Virus record (IMG/VR): IMGVR_UViG_3300030685_000353
Coordinates: 9,506-73,505 of that record
Source: a virus
DNA: 64,000 nucleotides
Direction: 5' to 3' (one strand)
The notes under the pieces were generated by a model, which saw only the letters and a program-made list of their open reading frames with translations, was not told the origin of the DNA and made no database searches. Numbering within the stretch: the first letter of the stretch is position 1; every line of letters begins with the position of its first letter. The position numbers and the translations under genes are program-made. This document shows, piece after piece, positions 19,654 through 29,412 of this stretch.

Positions 19654-20089
19654 TTAATATCTTGGCAGAAATGCTTCCAATTCTGTTATCCATTCACTTT
19701 TTCTACATGCTATTATACGTAAAGTATCATAACATTGATGTTTCCAATTGTTTTCAATATTGCGTAAAATTGGAAACACGTTAGTTTCAGCTCTTATGGA
19801 TTCTAATTCTATATCGTCATCATCTAAGTGCCATATAAAGTCTGGATTCTCTTTAAAAAAATTCAGACTTGTTTTTCATATTACAGAAATGAATATTCTC
19901 GATGGGAATTTTTAATTCTTCGGCAACATTGAATACTTCAGTATTACTTACTTTATTGCCACTATTATCGGCAAATTCGAATCTACCAGTGACAATATGT
20001 ACATCATGTCCAGCATATATAAGTTTAGATGCTAATTTTTGTACACATTCTAAAGTCAGTGTGGAATCGAAATCAAACGATACTTTCAT
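19654..20089 (-). pseudogene. HAD-family hydrolase split by a +1 frameshift in a T7 run
   Basis: SFDFDSTL and VTGR in the first frame; after GAA TTT TTT T the +1 frame reads KENPDFIWHLDDDDIELE... to TAA at 19654. Confidence 0.7.
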
Positions 20090-20540
20090 TTGCTAATATT
20101 TTTTCTAATTTGTCAGTTATTACTTTCCAATTTTCATTGTCTTTTTCTCCGAATTGCCACCATTGGCCTTTGAAAGTTTCCTGGCCGTATTTACCGGAGT
20201 CATCAATAAGTATATCTCCTATGAGCAAATCTTTTTGAGGACATAATATTAATCGTTCTAACATTTTGGTACCAAAATGTCGTTGAATACTTTCGGCCTT
20301 TTCAGTATAACAAGCAATATTGTTAATAGAAGGCCTGGTCAGGAACCAAAGTTCACATCTATCTTCAAATTGTTTAAAGAATTCCATTGCACCTTCAATA
20401 GGTGGTAAATATTTGAACAGACCAGTCATTGACCAAGGCCATGTTTGCTCAACGTCAGTTATAGCAAATTCACGCCATGCAGCTGCTCCTTTTGCCATAT
20501 CGAAGAACGTATGATCCATATCGATGTAAATTCTCAACAT
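20073..20540 (-). CDS. 5'(3')-deoxyribonucleotidase (NT5C, HAD)
   Basis: IYIDMD, LPPIEGA, EK, KDLLIGDILIDD. Confidence 0.85.
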   Translation of the reverse strand: MLRIYIDMDHTFFDMAKGAAAWREFAITDVEQTWPWSMTGLFKYLPPIEGAMEFFKQFEDRCELWFLTRPSINNIACYTEKAESIQRHFGTKMLERLILCPQKDLLIGDILIDDSGKYGQETFKGQWWQFGEKDNENWKVITDKLEKILANESIV

Positions 20541-20950
20541 AATGATCTCAGTTCCTTTCCTAGATCAAAATTATTTGAAAGTTTTTTAATCAACTCAACA
20601 GGAATTATTACGACATTAGTAGTAACAATTTGTAAGAACTCAATAGTTTTTACTTCATATTCAACATGTTCATGTTCATAGCTTTGTTGCCACTCAAACT
20701 TAACGAGATATGAATCTGTGTTCGGATATACTATCCGTCCTATCGATGTGTTAGTTTCATTGTTATAATGAATACTTTCAATATAAAATCCTGAACGTTC
20801 TTTTAGTAGATTGATCACTAATGGCTTACCAATAGTAACGTCTACATTAACTCTAAGCTCCACTTCAGCGTCTAAGAAATCTGATAGAGGATCTATTTGT
20901 TCATCTATACAGCGTAGAACGAAGTATGTACTATCACTTAAATTACTCAT
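20534..20950 (-). CDS. Hypothetical protein
   Basis: Overlapping operon-like arrangement. Confidence 0.55.
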   Translation of the reverse strand: MSNLSDSTYFVLRCIDEQIDPLSDFLDAEVELRVNVDVTIGKPLVINLLKERSGFYIESIHYNNETNTSIGRIVYPNTDSYLVKFEWQQSYEHEHVEYEVKTIEFLQIVTTNVVIIPVELIKKLSNNFDLGKELRSLC

Positions 20951-21420
20951 TTATGCAATTGTTTTAATGTTTCACGAATTTCGATCCAATCTGTTTCATG
21001 TTCAAATCCAGCTTTGTCATCTACTATGACACTTACATAAAACTTTTCTTCAAAATATCCAGTCTTCGTGTTTAAAATCCCTGGGTTTTCATTGAATGAA
21101 TCAATGTCGATATATTGTTTCTTGAAAAAATTTAAAATATTGGGCTTTTCTTCAGGATAGCATGAAGACCATAAAATTATTTTAGATTCTGGATAAGATC
21201 GTATTAATTTTATAACTTCTCTTGCCTGAGGGTTTATCCACTCGTAATCACCAGATTGATAATTACTTTTTATGCAAGTACCGTGTAAATCTATACACCA
21301 AAATATACGTGTATATCTTTTTTCTTGCAATTGGGCATATGCTCTTTTTATTGCATTACTTATCATAATAAAACAAAGTGTAAATTTGATTTGAAGAGGA
21401 TATTGATACAATATCAACAT
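20947..21420 (-). CDS. HAD-like phage protein
   Basis: CIDLHGT, ILWSSC, NENP, VDDKAGF; true start probably ~21366. Confidence 0.7.
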   Translation of the reverse strand: MLILYQYPLQIKFTLCFIMISNAIKRAYAQLQEKRYTRIFWCIDLHGTCIKSNYQSGDYEWINPQAREVIKLIRSYPESKIILWSSCYPEEKPNILNFFKKQYIDIDSFNENPGILNTKTGYFEEKFYVSVIVDDKAGFEHETDWIEIRETLKQLHK

Positions 21421-21835
21421 TAGAAGTATTAACGAAGGTGGTTAATCGTATTTCTTCTTCGAATTGTTCAACTTTTAAAAGTGGTCTTGGAATTAAAGTT
21501 GATATAGATTGATCTGGTAGTTCAATTGTTTGAGTATAAGAAGATATTTTCTCCAGCCACTTCTTATTCTTTTCTGGAATAGTAGAAAGTATTTCATCTA
21601 CTTTTATGTCTGCTTCATTTTCTAGCTGAACAAATATAGACAATAAAACCTGTAATGAATCAGCTGCTTCTTCGATTAGATGTGCTCTATCGTACGGTTT
21701 ATAACTAAATCCCAAATATTTTATAACTTCAGTACAAAATTCACCAAATTCTTCGTTGAATTTTACAATTTTTACAGGTAACGATTTATTTTCATATTTC
21801 GATATGTACCTTATCTCTTTAATTATTCTTTCCAT
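21356..21835 (-). CDS. MazG-like NTP pyrophosphohydrolase
   Basis: KFNEEFGEF...IEEAADSL acidic motifs. Confidence 0.75.
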   Translation of the reverse strand: MERIIKEIRYISKYENKSLPVKIVKFNEEFGEFCTEVIKYLGFSYKPYDRAHLIEEAADSLQVLLSIFVQLENEADIKVDEILSTIPEKNKKWLEKISSYTQTIELPDQSISTLIPRPLLKVEQFEEEIRLTTFVNTSNVDIVSISSSNQIYTLFYYDK

Positions 21836-21893
21836 ATATTTGAATATAACCTAAAAGGTATCTGCAGTAAAACATATAATGTTAATGTTTCAA

Positions 21894-22250
21894 TTAAATT
21901 CCTAGTGCATCTCTTATCTCAGCAGATTTCATGTCTTTACCTAATCTATATGCATCATTCCTGAGTCTTTCGATAGAGTTATAGATGCAATCTATCTTAG
22001 TATATTTTAATGCTTGCTGATCGATATATTTTTGAATACCCTCGATTGGAACCTTTGCTTTGATCATAGCAGTAATTTTTTTACCGGGTATAGTATCTTT
22101 GTATATCTTACCAGAAATTCCAAGAATACAATTACTTACCCAATATGAAATATCATTCTGTGATATTGAATGATCACCGAGTATGTCAAATACTCTTACA
22201 GCTGAACATCTTTTTTCACCTTTTCCTATTACAAATTCATTCCAACTCAT
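21894..22250 (-). CDS. Hypothetical protein
   Basis: ATG ORF immediately downstream of the tRNA-like gene. Confidence 0.6.
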   Translation of the reverse strand: MSWNEFVIGKGEKRCSAVRVFDILGDHSISQNDISYWVSNCILGISGKIYKDTIPGKKITAMIKAKVPIEGIQKYIDQQALKYTKIDCIYNSIERLRNDAYRLGKDMKSAEIRDALGI

Positions 22251-22264
22251 ATTGTTTTATTTTG

Positions 22265-22345
22265 TGGTCTCCGGAGGATTCGAACCTCTTACATATCAGG
22301 GTTAGAATCTGACGCCTAGTCCACCGGGCATTATGTTCGAAGACC
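22265..22345 (-). tRNA. Atypical tRNA with CUA (amber-suppressor) anticodon
   Basis: Acceptor GGTCTTC/GGAGACC + A73; D arm GCC-CGGTGGACTA-GGC; anticodon arm TCAGA-TTCTAAC-CCTGA (anticodon 22303-22305); T arm GAGG-TTCGAAT-CCTC; 9-nt connector; early-type promoter directly upstream. Confidence 0.7.
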
Positions 22346-22392
22346 ATGATTGATTAATTATGATACAAAAATATAACAAATTCTATATTCTA

Positions 22393-22419
22393 GAAAAAGG
22401 GATCCGAAGACCCCTTTTC
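22393..22419 (-). terminator. Rho-independent terminator
   Basis: GAAAAAGGGATC-CGAA-GACCCCTTTTC hairpin. Confidence 0.6.
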
Positions 22420-22429
22420 TTTTTTCTTT

Positions 22430-22951
22430 TTAATATCTAGTAACGTCAAATTCTGGATCAAATTTAGCTTTTAAAGATAGATACAATTCATATTCTTGTT
22501 TGTAACGTTGTTCTGCCGCAAGTTTTGCTCTTTCTTCAGCTTCTTTTGCTCTACGAATAGAATCATTTTTTTCAGTTTCTATTTTCTTAACTAGATCATC
22601 TAAATAAGCTTTAAATATTTCATTTATGGCATCAGTATTTTGATTAGTATGTTTTATTGCAACCATACGCTTTGCACAATATGTAGTGACAAGAAATAAT
22701 TTGTGAGATATAACATTCTTAGTATTTTGTCCATGATACGAAATTTCTCTATTGATATTAATAGAAGTTACATTATTTTTATGTAATACGAAAATATTCT
22801 CTTTATCCTCAGATAATTTTACTACGAAAAATGATTTCTGATCACTATATACGCCTTTATATCCACTACGAATGGAATACTCAAAAATGTGTTTTGATGT
22901 TTCTTCGATGTACTTGATAATGTCCAATTTGATTTCTTCTGTTGTTTTCAT
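22430..22951 (-). CDS. Hypothetical protein
   Basis: 173 aa with a coiled-coil C-terminus; directly downstream of the Pth2-like gene. Confidence 0.6.
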   Translation of the reverse strand: MKTTEEIKLDIIKYIEETSKHIFEYSIRSGYKGVYSDQKSFFVVKLSEDKENIFVLHKNNVTSININREISYHGQNTKNVISHKLFLVTTYCAKRMVAIKHTNQNTDAINEIFKAYLDDLVKKIETEKNDSIRRAKEAEERAKLAAEQRYKQEYELYLSLKAKFDPEFDVTRY

Positions 22952-22960
22952 GTTGTTTTT

Positions 22961-23293
22961 TTATTTTTTTAAAATTAGGGGTAAATTAGATAGTTCTTTT
23001 CTTATGGGGGAATTTGCATATAGACATAAGGATGTACACTGATCAATGTCTGGTTCGTAGAACTTTGACACTTCAGTGACATCCTTGTATTTATCGTAAT
23101 AAAAATCTAAATGTAATTCTGTAGGAACTGATAGACAGATAATGGAATTCGATTCCTCTTTCCAAGAGGAAAATCTATCAGGGTAAATATGTGCAAAATC
23201 AGCTATTGAGTGAGCGGATTGTACAACTTGATATCCAGGGTGGATATCAGATCTTGTAATAATGACTAGTTTCGGTTCTTTAATCTATAGCAT
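22961..23293 (-). CDS. Pth2-like peptidyl-tRNA hydrolase with in-frame TAG at codon 3 (not in ORF track)
   Basis: ML*IKEPKLVIITRSDIHPGYQVVQSAHSIADF...W...IICLSV...FYEPDIDQCTSLC...LSNLPLILKK. The R.D..G...Q.AH, EPD..T and LPL motifs fit PTH2. No other in-frame ATG. Confidence 0.75.
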
Positions 23294-23343
23294 AATAAAA
23301 AATTATTTGTTGTTTATATATCAATATAACATATTGTTCTGTC

Positions 23344-23781
23344 TTAGAAAATTTCTAGCATTTTTATAGCATCTTGTTTAGTCATGATCTTGCCATAATA
23401 ATGCCAATTAGCTTTAGTGGTATTTATTAATCTATCCGTTATCCGAGAGACTAACATTTCGCGTTCAATATCAGTAGATGTATAGTCATTAAAAACATTA
23501 TACACTGTCCAATTCTTTTTATAATTCTCTACTTTGAATCCACGTCTTATGCACTCATCATATAGTTCAAAATACCTGTCTAGAGTAAACTTACCCTTAT
23601 TTGCAAAGAAAATTACATGACCCGATCCAAGTGTAAATTTATCTGGTGAATCTGAAAAATCTTTACCCTTGTCTATCCTTTTCTTGTATACTGAAGGTAG
23701 TCTTTTGATTTCTCTATGTTCAGCTAACAAATGTTCATCTGTCAGATTTCTAACATTAATGGCAGAATTAATACGTGTCAT
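23344..23781 (-). CDS. denV: Pyrimidine-dimer DNA glycosylase (T4 endonuclease V)
   Basis: MTRIN...LTDEHLLAEHREIKR...FTLGSGHVIFF...ECIRRGF. Confidence 0.92.
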   Translation of the reverse strand: MTRINSAINVRNLTDEHLLAEHREIKRLPSVYKKRIDKGKDFSDSPDKFTLGSGHVIFFANKGKFTLDRYFELYDECIRRGFKVENYKKNWTVYNVFNDYTSTDIEREMLVSRITDRLINTTKANWHYYGKIMTKQDAIKMLEIF

Positions 23782-23826
23782 TTTTTTTTGTTTTAATATA
23801 ACACATTTTAATTCTGCCATAAACTA

Positions 23827-24111
23827 TTAGAGCTTTTCTAAATCATCATTTAGTCTCTGTAGGAATGATTCAATTCCGTCATCTCCACTTATTAGCCAAT
23901 CTACTCGGTTAGCATAGACTTGTGCTATACGAATAGCCTGTACTGCGTCTTTAAATTTAGATATTACCTCTTCGGGATATTCATAAAAGTTAGCATCCTC
24001 CCAGGATTCTCTATGATCCCTTGGCTTTCCGCTATTTACTATTTCCTGTTCGATTGAATCAGCAATATATCCAAGATAATACTGCTTATGATCAAATGCC
24101 CCTCCACTCAT
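23827..24111 (-). CDS. Hypothetical phage protein
   Basis: MSGGAFD...VDWLISGDDG. Confidence 0.6.
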   Translation of the reverse strand: MSGGAFDHKQYYLGYIADSIEQEIVNSGKPRDHRESWEDANFYEYPEEVISKFKDAVQAIRIAQVYANRVDWLISGDDGIESFLQRLNDDLEKL

Positions 24112-24115
24112 AAGA

Positions 24116-26374
24116 TTAGATTTTAGTTATTTCACAACTAGTACCTGAACAAGCCTGAGCTGCGAAATCATTAATATCTTTATATGCTGGTCTATCTAAG
24201 ATTTCATTGAAGTCTACAGCTTTCATCTGTCTATTAATAACTTCCCATTTGTGTAGCAAGTGTACATCTTTTAGACAGTTGACAGTTTTTCTGATGTCTC
24301 CTTTGAAATAATTTTTAGCATAACGTTTTGCTCTATCTATCCAGTAACGTTTGAGAAGTACATCTTCTCTTGTACCTGAGATAGGGATCGATCTGTCTAT
24401 TACACTATCACAAGCTGACCAAAGGTTTCCTTTAAAGTAATGCAAGCCATCTACAATCATTCCTGAAGCAAACATTGCACCTTTTCCGTAATCTTCTAAA
24501 ATTTCTTGCATAGTAGAAACAGAAGTAAATGGAGCTTGGTGGAAATCTTTATCTCCAAATTTAGAAATAAATGATACTGCATTGAATACATCCTTATTTT
24601 CCCAGATATAATCTATCACTTCATCTTTTTCTTCTTCACCAACAATAACTGTACAACTTACATTGTGACTTATATTAGGATATACAGAAAGTTCTCTGTC
24701 TGTTCCTTCATTTACCCAATTCTCTTGTACAAGTTTTATTTTTTCTAAGTGTTCGATAGCACCTAAATCTTTCTTATATAAGCCATCCTTTGGGTTTTCG
24801 ATAGGTACAAATACTACATAGTCAGTCTTTGTTTCAGAGAATACAGAATCTTCCAATAAGAACTCCATATTCTGTTCAAGCCATTTTGCAGTATCTGTTT
24901 CTTTACTAAGTTGCATGATACGGAAATAACGTTCACTATGTTCAGGGTGTATACCTGAGGCTGTTCCTAAGATAACTGATGCATTACCAGAAGGTTTAAC
25001 ACAAGTGGTTCTTGCAGCTGGATTGATACCGATTAATTCCGCTACTTCTCTGTTGATAGATTTAACCAAGTTTGCTCCTTCTTTTAACAATGCTGCATTG
25101 AAAAGTTTAGGGTTATTCATCCAGCCAGTAATTGATACACCAAGTAATGCTTCTCTTTTGAAAATTTCCTCAGTTACTTTTCCTAGATATGGGAAATTAG
25201 TCCAACCAGCTTGGAATGTACCTTGAATTGAAGCACTTTTACATGCCTTTAAGAATTTATCCTTAGTCGAACATGATTCAGCATTAATTTCTGTAAGATT
25301 ACAACCTTGTATACCAAGAAGATTTTCATTGTCCGATATAAATTGTGCAATTTGTTCATATTGAATACTTTCAAAATCACCTTTCCAAAGCATTGGAATT
25401 TTTGAAATTTCAAAACAAGGATTGAACATGTCGAACCATGAGTTTGCAAATACGAATCCGATATCAGATCTACCATCATTCATCTTTACGATTTCTGCAA
25501 ATCGTTCGTATGATGTTTTAGTACGAAGTAATATTACAGAGTTGTTACTTCTTGCTCTATGTGGATTGACACTAAACCAGTCACCTATTTTAGCATTAAT
25601 CATTTCGTCATCATAAGGATCGACAATTAGATTCATTGCTGATCTTCTTACTCCTCCTGACAATACTGCATTAGAAATATGACATAAAATGTCAAAACCT
25701 AAGATAGGACGTACTGTATCACCTTCAGTGTTTATCCATTTGTTAATAAGTTCTTCTATTCTGTTAATTGAACTTCTTAAACCTTGTGAACCTGGAGCTT
25801 TAAAACCACCACTAATGAAAGATCCTTTTTCACGGATAAGTGAATAATCAAACTTTATTTCATATCCAGCATATTCTGGAAACGGTTGTTTGTCTACGAA
25901 GTAAGATGACATTAATACCCCTAATGAATCAGCCCAGCCTTCTATTGTATCGGGGATAACAAAGGTTTTTGTTCCCAATGTTCGTTTCTGTATCTTAGAA
26001 ATATTTGCCACGAAAGGTTTTAGTACGCCTACTCCTACTCCACAACCCGATAGCATCAAATAGAAGATTTCCTGAAATGCTCTATTTCTTGCTAAATAAG
26101 TAGATGTACAATTATACAAACGTGTATTGTGTTTGTTCAACTGTTCACCACGATATTGCAATGTTCGTTGTGATGCCAAGATAGATTTATCTTTCATAGA
26201 AGCTAATGCTATGTCAGAATATGGTAGAATTTTATCGCCATACTTATCTATGTGTGATTGCATGATATTTTCACATGCTTCTTCCCAATTTTCATATCTA
26301 TCCAATGACTCATTCCACTTGAAATAATCAGAGTATAGTTTTAAATCGGATAAGAATTTTTTTCCTTTTTGCAT
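24116..26374 (-). CDS. nrdJ: Ribonucleotide reductase, probably class II (NrdJ/RTPR-like)
   Basis: YNCT, SGCGVG, SGGVRRSA, SNNSV, NPCFEI, CNLTEIN, TTCVKPSGNAS, C-terminal CSGTSCEI; no beta subunit nearby. Confidence 0.82.
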   Translation of the reverse strand: MQKGKKFLSDLKLYSDYFKWNESLDRYENWEEACENIMQSHIDKYGDKILPYSDIALASMKDKSILASQRTLQYRGEQLNKHNTRLYNCTSTYLARNRAFQEIFYLMLSGCGVGVGVLKPFVANISKIQKRTLGTKTFVIPDTIEGWADSLGVLMSSYFVDKQPFPEYAGYEIKFDYSLIREKGSFISGGFKAPGSQGLRSSINRIEELINKWINTEGDTVRPILGFDILCHISNAVLSGGVRRSAMNLIVDPYDDEMINAKIGDWFSVNPHRARSNNSVILLRTKTSYERFAEIVKMNDGRSDIGFVFANSWFDMFNPCFEISKIPMLWKGDFESIQYEQIAQFISDNENLLGIQGCNLTEINAESCSTKDKFLKACKSASIQGTFQAGWTNFPYLGKVTEEIFKREALLGVSITGWMNNPKLFNAALLKEGANLVKSINREVAELIGINPAARTTCVKPSGNASVILGTASGIHPEHSERYFRIMQLSKETDTAKWLEQNMEFLLEDSVFSETKTDYVVFVPIENPKDGLYKKDLGAIEHLEKIKLVQENWVNEGTDRELSVYPNISHNVSCTVIVGEEEKDEVIDYIWENKDVFNAVSFISKFGDKDFHQAPFTSVSTMQEILEDYGKGAMFASGMIVDGLHYFKGNLWSACDSVIDRSIPISGTREDVLLKRYWIDRAKRYAKNYFKGDIRKTVNCLKDVHLLHKWEVINRQMKAVDFNEILDRPAYKDINDFAAQACSGTSCEITKI

Positions 26375-26480
26375 ATATGTAATAAATTTTGTAAATCTGT
26401 AATGGTTTTAGTGTATAATCATTAAGGTTCTTGCTGCTCATGGTACGCATAAATAAGTATGAACTTTTTTATCAGTCTAC

Positions 26481-26488
26481 TATAAATA
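26481..26488 (+). promoter_or_regulatory. T4-type late promoter-like TATAAATA
   Basis: TATAAATA 20 nt before the ATG of the + strand glycosyltransferase. Confidence 0.55.
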
Positions 26489-26508
26489 GATAGTTAAAAG
26501 TATATAAT

Positions 26509-27144
26509 ATGGAACATTATCGTATGACAGTTGTAATGCCGTGTTTTGGTAGACCAGCTAGAACGAGAAGAATGATAAATTGTATTTTATCTCAGACAGC
26601 AGAACATTGTGAGATTTATGTGGTAGGAGATGGGTGTCCACATTTTCAGACTATTATAGATTCAGGTGAAGCAGAATTCTATAAAGAAGTAGCAAAGAAG
26701 CGAAATAATACTCTGCATATATTCAACAACGATAAGAATGTCGGCGGATATGGAACTTCTATAATACAGTCTGCATTAGTGAATGCAAAAGGTAGATATT
26801 TTATGATTCTGGGTAATGATGATATAATATTACCTAATCATTTTGAACATTACTTGAATGAGATAGAAAATAGTAAGTATGAATTAGTGTATTTTAATAC
26901 ATATATGAAGCCCACAGACTCTATAAGAAGTACAAAATTCGAAATAAATCACATAGGTCATTCAGAGATCATATTTAAAGTAGATATAGGTAGAAAAATA
27001 ACGTATGATGTTTCATATGGACATGATTGGCGGTTTATCCACGATATCTCTAAACATACTAATAGAATTAAAAAAGCTGCATCTATAGATTACACATATA
27101 TAGTCATGCATATACCAGGCCATAAAGAAGAAATTATTGATTAA
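26509..27144 (+). CDS. Family 2 glycosyltransferase
   Basis: [32 protein letters not shown]. Confidence 0.85.
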   Translation: MEHYRMTVVMPCFGRPARTRRMINCILSQTAEHCEIYVVGDGCPHFQTIIDSGEAEFYKEVAKKRNNTLHIFNNDKNVGGYGTSIIQSALVNAKGRYFMILGNDDIILPNHFEHYLNEIENSKYELVYFNTYMKPTDSIRSTKFEINHIGHSEIIFKVDIGRKITYDVSYGHDWRFIHDISKHTNRIKKAASIDYTYIVMHIPGHKEEIID

Positions 27145-28441
27145 CATGAATGAATTGAAAACTTACTCACTACGAATAATTGATCCAGTATCGAAAGATT
27201 ATATTGTAACTAAGAAACTGAAAGCTGTAAATGAAACATTGTCAGGAGATTTAGATGTTTCTTTTGATGCAAAAAATGCCATCATAGATAAAGGGAAAGC
27301 TAAGTTTTTCTTAGATCAGGAAGAATTAGAGTTACCCCTTGAAACTTTTCTCTGGTTGCCATTGGGTGAAAAGATAGACATCAAAGAAGCTACAATAGAA
27401 CTCAGACATTTGGATATGAAATATCCAGACACTTTCGAATATAAGCTTTTGGTAGCTACACCGAAAATGATAAAGACTAATCAGACTTATAATGTAAGTG
27501 TGACAGCTCATTTTGTAGTATATTTTGGTTCAAACTATTATTTCTACGATAATAAAGGAGTACTGTTATACACTGCACCTTTTGCATACATAGAATTCCT
27601 GCCTTGGGGTAGTATGATATCTAATCTACGTATTTGGAATCCTTTTACAGGTCTCTTTTCTGACGAATCTCTCTATAAGAAACATAACATTTTAGGTGCT
27701 AATGGAACATCTGGAACTTCAGGCATCAGTGGTACATCAGGATCTAGTGGAACATCAGGTGAATCAGGAACCAGTGGAACTTCGGGTTCTTCTGGTGAAA
27801 CAGGAACTAGTGGAACATCAGGTGAATCAGGAACCAGTGGAACTTCAGGCATTTCAGGAACTAGTGGAATTGATGGAGTAAATGGTGAAGATGGTGTACC
27901 AGGAGTAGATGGAATAGTATATGTATGGGAAGGATCATGGGAAAATGAAAGACATTATGCTGCATATTCAGTAGTACGTTATAAAAATGCTATATGGGTA
28001 GCTATATCTGACAATTCAGACGAAGAACCCGATAAATCTCCAGACTCATGGGATATAATGATGGGTATGGGTGGTGATTCTATGATTTCTACCCTCAAGT
28101 TCACTTTGACTTCAAAAGAATTTTCACACTTAAAAACTATACCACTGTCACTAATCAAAGTTGATGAAAATGCTGCAATAGAAATTATATCTTCAGTTAT
28201 TATATCCTCTACTCCTAAGATACACAATAATTTCGATATTGCACTATGTGTAGGAAATGATATAATAGGTGGATTTGAAGATGTTCTAAACAATGATAAG
28301 ACAGTTAATAAATGTGCTTTCTTCGATAACTCTTCTTATTTGATAGGCAAACCTGTAATGTTACGATCTACCACAGATATTCCTGAAATAGAAGATGCAA
28401 AACTGATACTATCGATATCGTTCAGATACATTTACATTTAA
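27137..28441 (+). CDS. Collagen-like (G-T-S repeat) fibre/decoration protein with CBM5/12-like module
   Basis: Long GTSG.SG triplet run followed by WEGSW...[16 protein letters not shown]...P....W. Confidence 0.75.
   Translation: MINMNELKTYSLRIIDPVSKDYIVTKKLKAVNETLSGDLDVSFDAKNAIIDKGKAKFFLDQEELELPLETFLWLPLGEKIDIKEATIELRHLDMKYPDTFEYKLLVATPKMIKTNQTYNVSVTAHFVVYFGSNYYFYDNKGVLLYTAPFAYIEFLPWGSMISNLRIWNPFTGLFSDESLYKKHNILGANGTSGTSGISGTSGSSGTSGESGTSGTSGSSGETGTSGTSGESGTSGTSGISGTSGIDGVNGEDGVPGVDGIVYVWEGSWENERHYAAYSVVRYKNAIWVAISDNSDEEPDKSPDSWDIMMGMGGDSMISTLKFTLTSKEFSHLKTIPLSLIKVDENAAIEIISSVIISSTPKIHNNFDIALCVGNDIIGGFEDVLNNDKTVNKCAFFDNSSYLIGKPVMLRSTTDIPEIEDAKLILSISFRYIYI
27697..27915 (+). repeat. Coding G-X-Y tandem repeat (GGAACNTCA / GGAACNAGT units)
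   Basis: Imperfect 9-nt periodic repeats encoding GTS/GES/GSS. Confidence 0.85.
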
Positions 28442-28447
28442 ACACAT

Positions 28448-28477
28448 AAAAGAGGAGAATCAAAGTTCTCCTCTTTT
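28448..28477. terminator. Bidirectional terminator between convergent genes
   Basis: AAAAGAGGAGAA-tcaaag-TTCTCCTCTTTT. Confidence 0.8.
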
Positions 28478-28713
28478 TTAGTTTAATTTATTACTTATGC
28501 CGAGCTCTTTCCTAACTTCTTCAACTTCTTCTATAGTAAGAACATATTCAAGTTCTTGTATACGTCCTCTGAACTCTGTCAGTATATCTACATATTCAGT
28601 TATTTTAGCATGATCAGTATAAAATCTCAGATTACATACAAATGTTTTTTCTGTTTGTGTCCTAGCATTATACATGTCACGTAATCTAGAAATTAACTTT
28701 CCTCTTACATCGT

Positions 28714-29412
28714 TCATAAATAAAATTCTATATCAGCGGTAGTTTTTTCAGTACCTTGTAAATTTAACGTTAGTGGCACATCAATTATTTTAGCTGGGCC
28801 TTGTTTAAATCTACGAGGTTCAGCAGTAACATAGCTTTCAATGTTGCGAAATCCAAAGTTTGTGATAACGGAGAAATTAGAAAGACTACTAGCAGCTGAA
28901 AATTCAGAATTTAATCTATACGGCAATGCAAGATAACCTTGAACCGTGTGAAATTCCAAAACTTTTTCTTGATATTCAAATCCATACTTATTTGTAGAAT
29001 GTTTCACGGCAGTAACACTATAGTTGATATTCACTTTACCATAATATACATACGGTCTATTTTGCAACAAATAAACATGTCCTACTGTCAAATGTTTTTT
29101 CGTTATTATGCCAGTACCGGATTTCTTTACAGTAGCAAAACGTTTAGCTACAACTTTGCTGAATACACATAGAGATTCATCTTTGATAACGATATCTTCG
29201 AAACATTCTTTATATTGTACTGGAGTCATAGATGTTAGAGTAACAGCTAATTCACCAGACTTTGAATATTTCCATCTACCTCCAAGTGCTTTAACTTGAT
29301 CGGGATCAGATAATAGAGTCAAAAAATCTTCTTTATCGTATGCAGTAATAGCTGTACGAACACTCGTTCTCGATCCTCTTGATGTATGCAAAAAGATAAA
29401 TTTACTTGACAT
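28714..29412 (-). CDS. Hypothetical protein
   Basis: 232-aa ORF in an operon. Confidence 0.6.
   Translation of the reverse strand: MSSKFIFLHTSRGSRTSVRTAITAYDKEDFLTLLSDPDQVKALGGRWKYSKSGELAVTLTSMTPVQYKECFEDIVIKDESLCVFSKVVAKRFATVKKSGTGIITKKHLTVGHVYLLQNRPYVYYGKVNINYSVTAVKHSTNKYGFEYQEKVLEFHTVQGYLALPYRLNSEFSAASSLSNFSVITNFGFRNIESYVTAEPRRFKQGPAKIIDVPLTLNLQGTEKTTADIEFYL

Noticed and set aside
5797-26374. Introns or inteins in terminase or RNR linked to the GIY-YIG gene
   Set aside because: Both ORFs are continuous and of normal size with no intein motifs; the endonuclease is free-standing
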